A stretch of DNA of 61,054 nucleotides, the filler included, from Sphacelaria rigidula (lineage: Eukaryota), in NCBI GenBank assembly GCA_964200075.2. It is 7 parts of 7 records of this genome, joined end to end, with 100 filler letters (N's around TTAATTAATTAA, not from the genome) between each part and the next. Parts side by side here need not be neighbours in the genome. Positions count along the whole stretch, not along the records: positions 43,683 to 52,318 come from CAXNAA020010523.1; positions 52,419 to 61,054 come from CAXNAA020010524.1; 5 more parts are not named here. One strand, given 5' to 3'. Positions 49,005 through 61,054 of the stretch are shown here, piece after piece. A program made the position numbers and the translations under genes. Under the pieces are notes generated by a model, which was given only the letters and a program-made list of their open reading frames with translations, was not told the origin of the DNA and ran no database searches. Numbering within the stretch: position 1 is the first letter of the stretch; each line of letters opens with the position of its first letter.

Positions 49005-49476
49005 TGTCGGCGGGACATGTAGACTCTAGCCACTATTGTTACCAAGGGACACTTGTAGGTGGAGTTGCGGGTCTGATTGCCGGACTCTGCGATGGTGACC
49101 TCCATGATGATTAGGCTTGATTTTGCCACTCTGGTGGGGAGAGGCTATGGTCCTATTATCCTGTACTATGGTGAGGGTTGATATATATATAACTAAAGCT
49201 GCTGAAGTTCATGTGCCCGTGATGGGAGGAGTCCACATGGCAATCTGATCTTGAGTGACATAAATAAGTCGTCTGATGGCGGTAGATCCGCTGAAAAGCA
49301 GCTGACACTCTAAGATAGGGAAGTCTGCAGGCCTGATCAGTTTGCAGCAAACAAGACCAGCCCAAGGCGTATTAACGTCGCGAGGAGTTGGAGAAGTAGA
49401 GCCGAGGAGGTTCTGAGGCAGTGCTAGCGTGGTCTGTGGTATCGCTCGTGCGAGAGGTGCGGGGTGTTGACCGACA
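49005..49476 (+). mobile_element. Putative 5' LTR of a second retrotransposon nested in the first
   Basis: Bounded by TGTCGG...CCGACA, contains a TATA-like tract (~49182), and is followed 2 nt later by PBS-like TGGCGAGCCCGTG (49479-49491). Confidence 0.6.
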
Positions 49477-49759
49477 GCTGGCGAGCCCGTGCGCGTTCCA
49501 GAAGAAGTGGCGCAAAAACCGTACTGCCTAGTGGAGCCAGCGAGGGTTGCGTGTTCCACGCTTGGCCAGGTACGACCAGGAAGAGGAGTCTAAGGACTTC
49601 AAACACGTGCCGAGACCTGCGTGAGGAAGAGGCGCTGTGGCCATTGTTGTTGTAAGGTGGTACAGCGCGTCTCGGTATAAGGGAGTTGTTGTTCCTGTGA
49701 GTGGGAGGCGACTTCGTTCTCCAAAAAAGCGTGTGGAGAGAGCTGTATTGCTGACCGAA

Positions 49760-51200
49760 ATGTATGAGGTGCAGGAGTATGTCACGGTGGACGGCCATGT
49801 TGTTCGTGCGCCGCAACAATTTGTTGTCATCGATGGTCGCGCTGTCCGTGTACGATTTCTGGATACGCCCTATTACGGTCGCAAGTTCTCAAGTGAAAAA
49901 TCTGCTCAGTTTCTGCGGAAGTATGAGGACCACCTTCGTGAGGTGCACGCAACGAACGAGTGTCAAGCACGCTGGCACGCTGTTGAAGAGCCAGCGGTCT
50001 CTAACCTCATGCCCGCACATATCGAGAACTGTCTATGTGACACATTTTTGGATGGAGCGAATGATGTTGGGCAAGAGAAATTGCTCTTTGTGCTGCGCAA
50101 GCATGCATCCTATGCATCGCCGAGTGTGGTGCAAGATAGTGTGAAGGTCGGCGGCGGTGGAGACAGGCATGACATTTTGACGGGCAAGAAGGCGGCACAA
50201 CATACGCCTGTCCGAGTGCGCAGGCACGAGAGTGTTACAGGCGTTACCGCTATTGCCGTCAAGGAGCAAGCCGGACAGTGGCGGCTGTAGCGAGTATGGG
50301 TGACACTGCTGCTGCTGCTGCTGGCGATGTTGAGAGAGCGGGGCCTACATGGGCCAATGAGCAAGTACTGGTGGGCGGAGGTCCTAGTCGCTCGTTGCCG
50401 CCGGACCAGCGCGTAGCTGGAGATACTCCTTGCATGCTCGAAGCTGCAGGGGGTGTTATTCGCGTATGGCGAACGAGCAGGGTGAGCTTGGAGCTTGCCG
50501 TGCTCATGGTGAATCTATCTGCGCCAGTGATATGGCGGGAGGTCGTTCAGATGATTCGCAGGGATGTCTGCTTGAAGGACAGGTGGATGCCGGGTTGGCG
50601 GAATCGCCGCCGAAGCAGCGCGTAGCTGTGGACACGCCTTGTATGATCGAAACAATAGGGGCGTGTGACCCGCGTAAAGCGTGTACGCAGGGCGAGCTGC
50701 AAGCTCGTGATGCTTTCAGCGATCACAATTCTGACGGCGACGACGAGTGTCGCGTGGTGTTGGGGTGGTCTTGTGCACTGCCGTATGCATGGACAGGTTT
50801 GGCGTATTTGGCGGCCTTGATTGCGGTGTCTCTGCTGCTGTACGGTAAGGTGCTGGAGGAGGATGGCGCGATGCCATCGGGAGGTGTTGCTGTGCAGGAT
50901 TGTATGGATGTTCCCGTATTGCCTCTTATTTCCTTTGTAAAAACGACTGAAGAACGAGCGTTCGTGAATGCGCCAGCATCTGTGGGGGTGGAGGATCTGT
51001 CGCATTGGTTTGGCGATGCGAATATACCTTTGAGCGGCGTGTTGAGCTACACCATGGGGGTGCCAGGTGTAGCAAGACTGAAGGTGCAAGGGGGGAGTGT
51101 CCGAGAGGAAAGGCAGCTCCACGCTGTGCACGGGGTTGTGGTTCGAGTGCTGCTGCTTCTCAGGAGCGGGTTGGAGGACTACAAAGGACGCATTACCTGA
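49760..51200 (+). mobile_element. Gag-like ORF remnants downstream of the putative LTR/PBS
   Basis: MYEVQEYVTVDGHVVRAPQQFVVIDGRAVRVRFLDTPYYGRKFSSEKSAQFLRKYEDHLREV... lies where gag is expected. An internal duplicated motif AGCAGCGCGTAGCTG/ACCAGCGCGTAGCTG occurs at ~50405 and ~50614. No pol is seen. Confidence 0.45.
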
Positions 51201-52318
51201 GGTGTTTGCTGTTGTGGTGAGCGCCGAGTTGGGTACTGATGTTGAGGAGCAAGTGCTGTGGTGATTGAGTGCTTGTTGAGAATGAGAAAACGCGTCATGA
51301 CTGATATTCGCGAATGGTTTTGAGAATGATTTCAGCTTGTTATTGTGTGGTTTGTGGTCATGCTTACGCATGAAACATGCTTGTTGAGCGAGTATGGTCG
51401 TATCGCGTGTGCAGGGTAAAACTCTGGCGTACACGTAGGTATTTGGCATGTGTGTGTTGCGCTGATGTGGTTGGCACGGACGATGCATGGTGTTTGCTGC
51501 GAAGAAGGTAGCATTGCACGTGCTGAGTGAAATATTGGCATGCATGTGCGGATTTTCATATGCTGCGTTGAAATGTGGCAGGCATGTGCGATTTTTTGCT
51601 CGAATGGTACTGATATGAATGGTATCTGGTGACGACCTAGGGTGGGGCAGTTTTCAATATAGTCTACTGCCATATGCTAAATGAAGTGAACCTTGTATAA
51701 TCTTACTCGCGTAGGAACACAGTCGAATCATATTTGTGCGGATTGCACGTACTGAGTGCAGGATATATGGATCGCTGCTGTTAGCGTAAAAGTGAGCAAT
51801 AAACTACGAAATACGTAGGCTCGTACTGACTGTAGGAGAGGGTTACACCTGCTGTTAGCGTGAGGATGAGCTGAAAGGTACGAAATGGGTAGGCTCGTCG
51901 TATGTGAGCAGGTATGACGCGAGTGCTTCCGGTGGTTAAAGATAAAGACATTATGCGCGCATGCATCAATGATCTTCGACTGTGGCACGTTTTTGTATGG
52001 ATTGTCACGTGTTTGAACGAGCACGTGATTGGTTTTTCGTTAATGTCAGAAGGAGCATGTGGATGATGCGTTCGTTTGTTCGAAGAACTGGTGCAGGTGG
52101 ACTGCAAGAGTGTCGAGGAAATAACATTTCAACATTTTGGCTGATGCACAGATGGGGTATGACGGTCCAAGATCCAAACGAGATACAGAAATAATAGACA
52201 ACTCTATAAAATGAGGTCAATCAATTAAATGAGCTTCGAGCCCAAAACAGTACTTTCTGCACACTTTCAGCGATGGTGCTCAATGATTTTCTTGTCGGCC
52301 TAATGCCCCTCGATCGCG

Positions 52319-52418
52319 NNNNNNNNNNNNNNNNNNNNNNNNNNNNNNNNNNNNNNNNNNNNTTAATTAATTAANNNNNNNNNNNNNNNNNNNNNNNNNN
52401 NNNNNNNNNNNNNNNNNN
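52319..52418. other. Artificial contig-joining spacer
   Basis: N44-TTAATTAATTAA-N44. Confidence 0.98.
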
Positions 52419-53149
52419 TGAGCTGCATCCTGCTAGGATTGTTCGGCCCGACGCCTTCTGATTATCTTGCATTTGGATGGCAGCCGGGGGAAGGAAAATG
52501 AAGCACGAAACAAAAGTAAAAAAAACATCCCGGGTCCATAATACGGAGAAAAAATCGTGAACCATGAAAACAAATAAAAGGGACTGACACGAGAAAGAGG
52601 ATCACGTACGACGAACGCAAAAGGAACAAAAACAGAAGAGGAAAAAACCACATGAAATTCAGACCAGAAAATCGAACAGAGAAATAAATAAGGGCTAGAG
52701 GGAAAAATTCCGACCAGAAAAAACACGAGGCGAAAAAAGTCAAGACTATGCCCCAAAAATTAAAACCAAACGCTAAAAGTTGAAGAAATAAAAACGAAAA
52801 CGATAACAAGTTGTGTAACCGAGCTCATGATCAACGGGAAAATACAATTGTGAAACAGTCCCGAAAGAGAAGGAAAAGCAAATACTGAACGGCTGTTTCA
52901 ATGAAAAGAGAGAAACAGTACTGAAACACTTCTCACTCCCGAAAAAAAAACAAAAACAATACTGCTGCTCGCTTCTGTAGTGCAGCACGCAACGATCTCC
53001 TACTCTCTCCTTCGTGCAAATTTAATGCATTTCTCTGCTTCGTTCGCCCAATGCCATAGGCTCGCCCGTCTAGGCCACTTGCTGGAGCTCTTCACTTGAA
53101 GACTCTACGCAGTCTCCGTCGTCTCATCACTCTCCAAAAGCGCTTGCCG

Positions 53150-54840
53150 CCGTCGATCACGTGTCTTTTCTGCTCAGCCGCGTCAAAATCTTCTCAGAAT
53201 GCCAAACCTATGAGGAACAAGTTCAGGGCATCATCACTGCGCGACAGAGGGACATGACGTGCTCGGGCGGGATGACATACTTTGATGCCTTGGCTGGGTG
53301 TTACAGATGCCAAAGGGCGTGGAACCCGTCCACTCGTGAAAGCGTGAGGCTTTCCAGAACTTTGCTCCCTGGTAGCCACTCCGACATTGCTCCATCATGG
53401 GCCTTTCCTCGCTATTCCCAACGTGATTTTCTGGATTCAGACTCGCGACGGTCTATCAGGGTGAGGAGGTGAGGTCTCAGGTTAGAGGTTGGCGTCGCCT
53501 CGAAGTCTGGTGTTCAGGCAAACTAGGCGAACCCGTCAGCGATTGAATATCTCAGGTGAGGCGGGTAACGAAATACGGTTCAAGATCTGGCCTTGCATCA
53601 CTACCTCCAGACCGCGTGCCGTCATCGTTCCTTGTTGAATTTCCATAAACCGTGTACTAGTGCTGCAGTTTCCTGCCGTTGCCATCCCGACATTGAGATC
53701 TCACCCCCCAGATTCATCACCAGTCTTCCCTCGCATAGGTGTTGTTTGCGCTGTTCTACGAAAGCGTCCAGTCCTATACTAGATTCTGCTTCTCGTGGGA
53801 TACTTGCAAGTCAGCTTAGAGAAGTGCGCGGTTTTGCGTCGACACGGCAACTCGGAGAGGGAAGCAGCGCGTCAAGCAATGTGCGTCCTATACTCGGTTC
53901 TGCTTTCTGTGAGATAGGTGCTAGTCAGCTTAGAGATGTGCGTGGTTTTGCGTCGACACGGCAACTCGGAGAGGGAAGCAGCGCGTCAAGCAATGTGTGC
54001 TTGATTCAAAGAGCCAATGAGACGTGCTCATCCCACCTGAGGTCATGATTCGTAAAGCTCCGACAACATGTCTAGCGGCCATCCTCCTGGTCTATCGACT
54101 GCGTCCAGATCGCGTGGGAGATCTGACGCTTCGGAAAACGATGTCCTCTTCAAGTCACCTGCACAAATGGGTGACTACCTCCACGCTAAACTCTTCGCTT
54201 TTGTTCAGCGAATCTTTTGAGGGACAACGGAAGTTAGGCACACTCCCCGGGGTCACGAACTACCCCGTTGGCTTGTTTCGATGGCTGTGGAAAACCAAAT
54301 GAGAATCGGGAAGCGAGGTCAACTGCCCGAGATATATATAGATGTATGTGAATGCAGCATTACCTCAATCGTTGGCAAGTTGATCACCTCATCCCATGGG
54401 TCTACCGGATGCCCCTATCTCATGAACGTTTGAGGACTGCTCCATCTCTTGTGCCTCCTGAAACTGCATGGCAGCACATGTTGTATGATATCTTTCGTCC
54501 TCGTTGACAAAAGGAAGCGGGCACGCATCGTGGGTAGGGTGGCGCCTATTGCTGCATTTTTCATGGAATATGTGAACGAGTGCTGACGGGTCAGCTATCA
54601 TTATTCTGGGAACCACCGGCAGCTCCTTATCATCGACTCCCAGGTATCGCTTCTATTTTGTACCCAGATCGCCTCTCACCTACCTTTTTGGCAGTCACGT
54701 TCCCGTCAGTTCCAATCGCACCTGTTCCAGAAAGGGGTCTCCTGGCTGTCGCTCAGATTGGATGCGTTAGTGAGAGTCTGCAAAGCACGATCATTCGCCA
54801 CTGTGTCCCACCAGTTGGAGGTCTGCGGATGGACTAGGGG
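53150..54840 (-). mobile_element. Decayed Ty3/gypsy integrase region
   Basis: Frameshifted remnants: PVVPRIMIADPSALVHIFH...(zinc-binding region), EEFSVEVVTHLCR*LEEDI, RWDEHVSLAL*IKHTL, KPRTSL, LDAFVEQRKQHL and SEWLPGSKVLESLTLSRVDGFHALWHL*HP. Confidence 0.7.
53771..53998. repeat. 114-bp tandem duplication inside the integrase remnant
   Basis: GTCCTATACT...GCAACTCGGAGAGGGAAGCAGCGCGTCAAGCAATGTG starts at 53771 and 53885. Confidence 0.9.
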
Positions 54841-54917
54841 TCCCTCCCCCCCTACAGAGAGCGCTTTGCCTACCTTTGTTCGTTTGCTGACTGTGCGGAA
54901 TGACCAGGGCTGACACC

Positions 54918-55736
54918 TGTTACGGAACCCTCGATCGGTGCTGTGCGGGCGGTCTCGGGTCTACCACTTGGGGAGCTAAGTGACGCTACTCGGCAAAAAC
55001 AAAAGTGGCGTTGCTTTTCTGCGAATGGAGTACAGTACTACTCGTGAACGAGGGGTAGTTCTAGCTCCCCGATGATGGTGACCAGAACCTGCTTCGGGTC
55101 CGTGGAGAACAGTCCAGTGTCGAAGAAGGCCAGCAGGACGTCCACCAGTTCCCGTTTCTCCAATTCACCCACCTCTTTCACATTCGTCTGATACGCTTAC
55201 CTTGGACGCGGGTGGGTCGAGCGACACTGTTGAGACGTGCTGCCTGGGGAGGGAGGTTTAGCAGGGATCTGCTCTAGATGTGTTTGGGTCGACCTTGATG
55301 ACTCTCACGAGTATGTTACGCACTCGTGGGTCGGGGCGTCAGACGCTGGGGTGCGATTACGGATCCAACTACGTGCATCGGGGGAACCTTCCTCTGAGCA
55401 GGAATGGTAGCGCAGAAACGCCTGCCGCGCAAAGGTTTAGAGTGCCGTCTCAACTGTTGACCTTACGCTACAACCTTGCCGACATAGTCACACCACCTCA
55501 TCCGATGCCTAGCAAAACCTCCATCGGCCGCGATTGGCGGAACCGCCGTCGATGCCCGATCTCACTCGTTAACCCGAGTTGGCTTTCGTTGTGCTCAGCG
55601 GTCGTCCCTGAAGTTTGCCACCGCACGTTTCTCAAGGCAGGTGTACCTGGAGTGTACTTTCGTGCATCAGGCAACGTCTCTCACAAAATATTCGCCAAAA
55701 TAACACCATGGGTGGACGAGCTATACGCTTGTAACA
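54918..55736. mobile_element. Possible LTR-like insert between the RT start and the integrase remnant
   Basis: Bounded by TGTTAC...GTAACA. The RT reading stops at its edge. No TSD found. Confidence 0.35.
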
Positions 55737-55739
55737 TAA

Positions 55740-56710
55740 ACGTACTGCCTTGTAGTCGCTTACCAGGCGACACGTGTCCTTCGGAACCACCATAACTGGA
55801 CCACATCGCCTACAAGTTCCGGAACACCAACCCGAGCGCCAAAAAAGCCGCCATGCACGAGTCCAAACAACTCGACTTCACCGGACCGTATCACCGCGGC
55901 TTCGTCTTCACCGCGAACGCCTAGCTGACCACGCATGGGCTCCACGCACGCAGGGAGATCACCCCGCAGCTCACGGCGAAACGCGTTGACGCGGCGATGC
56001 AAGGTGCCGCGCAGGCGCTCCGCTTTTGAGACGCTGAGGCCTTTCGCCACAGCACCCGCCACGCTCTCCCCCAGCGCGACCTTAGCGGACTCCTCTTCCG
56101 CCGGCATGAACATCTCCGGACCACGCTCCACCAAGCATTCCACCGTCTCATCCCGTTCCTCGGTCACCTGCCCCCCAGCCTCCTGAAAAGCATCCATCGA
56201 CACGCTGACGCGACGACTGCCTAAAAGGCGGGCGTCTCCACGTGCGGACGAGGCAGAGACATCCGCATCTTGATGGAGTCCAATACCCGCTCATACGGGT
56301 CGGCTCCAAGATCCTGAAGCGTCGGCAACCCCAGAAGAAAATAGACGCCATCCGACCCCGGCATGATCGCCAACGAGATTGGAGGCAACGGCGCCGGCCC
56401 CCAGGCAGTCGTGAAAGCGAGCTGCAGCGGAACAGTATGCTCCGTGACGGTAACATACTGACCGGACGCGGTGACGGCCTGCCGCGTCCCGAGCGAAAAC
56501 GAGATGCGCAACGGCACAACCGGGAAATGCTCCAGCATATCTACAATCTGCACGGACAAACTCGTGAAGTGGGCGCCAGAATCCAACACAGCCCGAACCG
56601 CAATGGCTCCACGCTCCCGTTGATTTGGAAGACACAGCTCCGCAGGAACGTAATTGCCCGCAAACTCCACTGGCACTTCATCCGCCGACCGATGTGCCGC
56701 CGATCCCACT
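55740..56710 (-). mobile_element. Decayed Ty3/gypsy protease and start of reverse transcriptase
   Basis: VRAVLDSGAHFTSL (aspartic protease DSG), FLLGLPTLQDLG, AFRRELRGDLPACVEPM, GLVFRNL*AMWSS and RLVSDYKAV. Confidence 0.82.
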
Positions 56711-56723
56711 CCACGCCACGGCT

Positions 56724-56773
56724 ACGCAAGCTGCGCAAGCTGCGCAAGCTGCGCAAGCTGCGCAAGCTGCGCA
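56724..56773. repeat. 9-bp minisatellite (GCAAGCTGC)n
   Basis: About five tandem units. Confidence 0.9.
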
Positions 56774-57031
56774 GGCGAAGACGCCCCGGCAGGTTCAAAC
56801 GGCACCGCCGGCGGGTACGACCCCCAGCCAGGAGATCAAAAATCTTACACGATACTGGCGATCCACTCAATGTCTTCAAAAAAAACAACACTTTACGAAC
56901 CGTTGACGAGAATGGGCTCCAAAGCCTTATTTCCGAGTACATCGCTGCTCAAGATGCAGTCTGAATCGAGGCCATCAATATCATTTGCTGACCACAAACG
57001 TAGGTGAATGGCGTCGGTCACTAGCTACAAA

Positions 57032-57281
57032 TGAGTCATCCTACGATAGGAAGGCGGTATTTTGGGCCATTTCTTGTTTCCAGGTCAAATCGTGGTTAAA
57101 AGCAGCAACGATTGCACGAACAAGCTTGTTATAGATACGTGACGCTCATTTACGCCGATTGGTATCGTTTAGAACCAAATACAAGCGCACCGCGAGTGTG
57201 GCAGGTCGCCTGACACACTTTCAAGCCTCTTTTTTCGTGCAATCAAATACCCCCCGCCCCCCCCTATCGTAGGATGACTCA
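57032..57281. mobile_element. 250-bp MITE with perfect 19-bp TIRs
   Basis: TGAGTCATCCTACGATAGG (57032-57050) and CCTATCGTAGGATGACTCA (57263-57281). The same right end recurs at ~17490-17560. Confidence 0.8.
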
Positions 57282-58477
57282 ACAGCGGATCCTGGAAAAT
57301 GGGGTTGATCTCTAAAATGATGTCCAAGTGGCATATCTTTCATGCAGGGATGACGCGAAACAGTCACTCAGAGCGACACCATCTTCCCCCCCCAAAACGC
57401 TGCAGCAGTAAAGCAGTTGTGGCTAGGTACACCGAACGAATGTGGTGTACACGCGTGTCGATGACGATACCACCAGAGAGAGAAGCAACGACAGAGAGGA
57501 AGCTCCTCGCCAGTGCACCTTGTGTGTCCTCGCTCGGCGATCACCAATCGCTCGAGAGACTGGCACCATGCATGTTACTAGCATGTATCCAATTTCTCAT
57601 GTGCCGGTGGGCATGTTGTTATATTGGTGCGCACAGCTTCCCAAAGAACATCGAGGTGCAGAGGGATCTAGTCTCCTCTTGTCTGTGGAGCTCACCAATG
57701 CGGAGGTCGATTTTTCTCTGCCTCTCGTTTTGGACAGGACGCGCCTCTGTGCGCTGAAAAACATGTCGTTGAAAAACAGAGCAATGTTCCCGTCACCGCT
57801 ACTACTGTTCTCTGTCACACACATGCCAGCAAGGACGGTGCTCTGCGGCAATAATAACAGATCCAATTTGAACTTGGAGGGGTGTTATTCACCGTTGCAT
57901 GATTCTACCCGACATGACATGTGACCATCTATGTGACCATCTAGGTGCCCGACCACAAACGCCTGCCACAGGCCAGTTGGGGTGTGTGAGAGAGAGAGAT
58001 CAAACACTTGTGGAGACCTTCTTCACATGTGGAGTGAAAAAAGGTACCTATGGTGGTGACCTAACTGTTGCTAGCGTGGTGCAGAGGGGTGCGTCAATGC
58101 TGCAGCCTGGAGCACACACTGGCTACGTGAACACCGCGGTACAGCATATTTCCAGAATTAATTCCGATGAGAGGAGGTCATGCATTACAAGCTGGGGTGA
58201 GATATGATCCCACGAGGAACAAGACCAACCACTTGCCGTTGCATTTGACACCCACGCCAACAATCGCCGACCGCAAAGGTCTTGTGGCTTCCAAGCAACG
58301 CTAGCGGCAGTACGGCAGGCAAACCCGATCATAGCTAACTTTCGTTGCTCTACTGCACTGACTGCCGTCCGCACAGAGGTCAACCACCGTAACAACATGC
58401 ATGCACCGAATTTCGCAACAGCTGTAGAAACAGAACAGTTTGATTTTCTCAACTACGTCCACATGATTTGAAGGACG

Positions 58478-60450
58478 GTTACAGTACAGACAGCGCAGGA
58501 CTATATATTTCCTCTTCTACAGTGCGACGTGAAAAGGACTTGAACAACGTGCAACTTTGTACGGCCTGCACTGTCGATGATGAGTGCGTATGCAATAAGC
58601 CGGTTATTTCCCACCCTATACCCCGCGTGGTTCCGTCGCCGCGCGATGCCACGACCATGAACGAAGATGCTCAAGTTTCCACCAATAAGAAATACATCAT
58701 ACCCAACCACGTTGGTGTGTGTATATCTATATCCCTGTGCCCAACTCGTGCTCTTTGCGGCAGGGTTGTGGTGGTAGCTGGGAATAAGTGTTGTGCGATT
58801 TGCATGGTTCGATCTGTGAACGTCGGATGATATATATATATATATCTTCGGGTGATGGTCTATACTATACAAGATTACTGGGTCCCAAAGGTGCGCTGGA
58901 GGCAGTTAGGACACAAATAATGTCGCCCAGAGGTTTGATGTAGTGCAAACTCCAGAGGTAAATCTACACCCTCGAGAGAATCGTTTCCCCGTATTTCCCT
59001 AGAGGTACCCTCAGTAAAATTATGAGCTCAAAGGAATCATGTGCCCTCCAGAGGATTCGTTTTATGACCGGAAGTGAGGATGAAACAACCTCAAGAGGGT
59101 ATTTTCATCACTTTACCTTTGAGAGAATGAAAATCGTGATGAAGGATTTTCAAACACGAACCGAATGGCCGCGTGTGCTGTTTCTAGGCTGGCCCAGCTA
59201 GTGAGTCCTGGGCTATCTGCAGTGCACGTTGCCCACTTCTCTCCTATATCGTGCCATACGAAACACGCACACACGCACTCAAGACATTGTCTGCAAGCAG
59301 TGCAGACAGTACAGACTATGTCTGTACTGTAGACCAGTGACCATATACCGTTTCAAGAATTTCATTGCCTCTTTTCGATCGAAAGCTTGAAAATCCATCT
59401 AGCCCCAACTGTATTTAAACGAGAAATTTTAGCTCAAATCAATTCCATCGCCCCGTTCATTCGATCGAAAACAAAAGTGCGAAGACACGGCCTAAAATCG
59501 TATTATATGGCAGTCACAGAAACGGATCTGTACGCAGCTTTCGTTTTCACAGGACCTCGCACACGTGGACAAATAGCACCCTGTGGGGCACGTCTACAGG
59601 GTTCAGGGAAAGTGTGCAGTGTTTCTCGCGGGGATTTGGCTGTAGAGTGTTATTTTTCGCCAAACAGGACGCTTCAAAGGGTTTCGTCACTACGTGTAGT
59701 GTTTATTGCTGTTAATATGCTGTACAGTATTTTTACGCACATACAATATGCTCGACCTTGCAGCGCGGGCGCAGTACTGACGACAAAACATTTCACTTGT
59801 GACAGGGGTAGGTATCGAACTCGGACCTTAGTGGCAGGGAGGAAAACGCACTGAGCATTGAACCGTCTATATCTTGTTGTTGGCGTGGACATTATTTTTT
59901 GTTTTTTCATGGATATATCAAGGAGCACCCTTATTCTGTAATTATAAAATTGTTGCCTGTTGGCAATTTTGGAGGGAAAGCGCTCTCCCGGGAGTAATTC
60001 ACCTCTGGAGTTTGACCTTAAGGACCCCAGCAATTTTGTACCTCAAAGTACTTGTATATTATATAGTATAGACCATGACCCAAGATCCACGCAAATCACC
60101 CATAAAAATAACACTTTGGTTCCCAGCTGTACGGCACAACCCTATTTACTGTCTCAAGCAAAGAATACGAGTTGGGCACAGGGATATAGATACACACTGC
60201 CGTGGTTGGGTATGAGGTATTTCTTGTGGGTGCATGGAAGCTTGACCGTCCTCTTTCATGGTCGCGCGGCATCGCATGGTGATGGATCGAACCGCCATAT
60301 GCACGCGGGGTATATCTAGCACGTACTCACCGCATATAGTTGATGCATGGGTGCAGGCATCATCAGTACAAAGCTGCACGTTGTTCAAGTCCTCTTCACG
60401 TCGAAGTGTTGGCAGAGAACATATGTAGTCCTGCGCTGTCTGTACTGTAC
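58478..60450. repeat. Diverged ~500-bp inverted repeat pair (~58478-58990 and ~59970-60450)
   Basis: GTACAGACAGCGCAGGACTA, GGACTTGAACAACGTGCA, TATCTATATCCCTGTGCCCAACTCGT and AAACTCCAGAGGT are matched in reverse complement. Confidence 0.85.
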
Positions 60451-61054
60451 TTTCTCCGCTTCCTTTTCATGCCCTGCTCACTGCGTGTGCTATGCACCTG
60501 CGTGCGCGTCCTATGTGAACTCTGTAGTTTCTCCTGGCGGTATATAACACGCCCGTATATCAAAATATAAGCTGCAGCATATATCCACATTGCATAGCCA
60601 TACGTAGCGCATATGCCGCGCTCACTCTGCAGTATATAGCACCTGACGTATAAGCACGCGGTATATCTCTGTCCTACATTATATTATACAGTTTATTGTT
60701 GTGATTATACAGACCACAGCTGAACCCCTGCTGGGGGGTCAGTTAATGTGCGACAGTCAATCAATCAATCAACCAATCAATCATCCCCATCAGAGTACAT
60801 ACATATATACTGCAATCAATGTTTTCTCGCGTTTTTGCTGAAAATCATTTAGTTTGTCTTGATAGGGACTGGACCGCGGGATTTTTTTAAGCTATGTGCA
60901 TTGATATGCGAGAGTGATGCTGCGATAGGGTCTGCACTTTTGGGGCCAAAACCGGTCTGAGAAAATTCAATATCTGAGAACACTGTGACCTCCGCCCGAA
61001 CCTCAGACTGGAATTATCTCATGGGTCATGGATGCATGTTCCACCCTGAGGCTC

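Noticed and set aside
8638..52418. Perfectly periodic TTAATTAATTAA motif every ~8.7 kb, and any gene-neighbourhood inference across it
   Set aside because: It is an artificial linker with stops in all frames, embedded in Ns. Adjacent segments are unrelated contigs.
52433..52988. Phe-rich membrane-protein-like ORFs
   Set aside because: They are the antisense reading of A-rich low-complexity sequence.

Overview
This window is eukaryotic and is not one contiguous locus. It is seven unrelated contigs of 8,636-8,637 bp (1-8637, 8738-17374, 17475-26110, 26211-34846, 34947-43582, 43683-52318, 52419-61054) joined by artificial 100-bp spacers (N44-TTAATTAATTAA-N44). A heterokont-type bipartite plastid-targeting peptide, kb-long GT-AG introns and the repeat landscape point to a photosynthetic stramenopile, most likely a brown alga (inference). 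I can support pieces of three intron-rich genes: a plastid-targeted DUF1118-like protein, Arp1/centractin and a calcyphosin-like EF-hand protein. Most other sequence is mobile-element derived: an RTE-like LINE RT, a decayed LINE, several decayed and nested Ty3/gypsy elements, two tRNA-derived SINE families and several MITE/foldback families. Most ORFs in the supplied track appear spurious. I found no CRISPR array, Cas, TnpB/Fanzor or other multi-gene novel system. The best leads are non-coding structures: a ~260-nt miRNA-precursor-like hairpin, a 1-kb foldback element with 78-bp terminal palindromes, short retroposons that end in and sit within C-tracts, a hAT-like MITE whose palindromic array shows compensatory substitutions between subfamilies, and a MITE carrying TTAGGG repeats.
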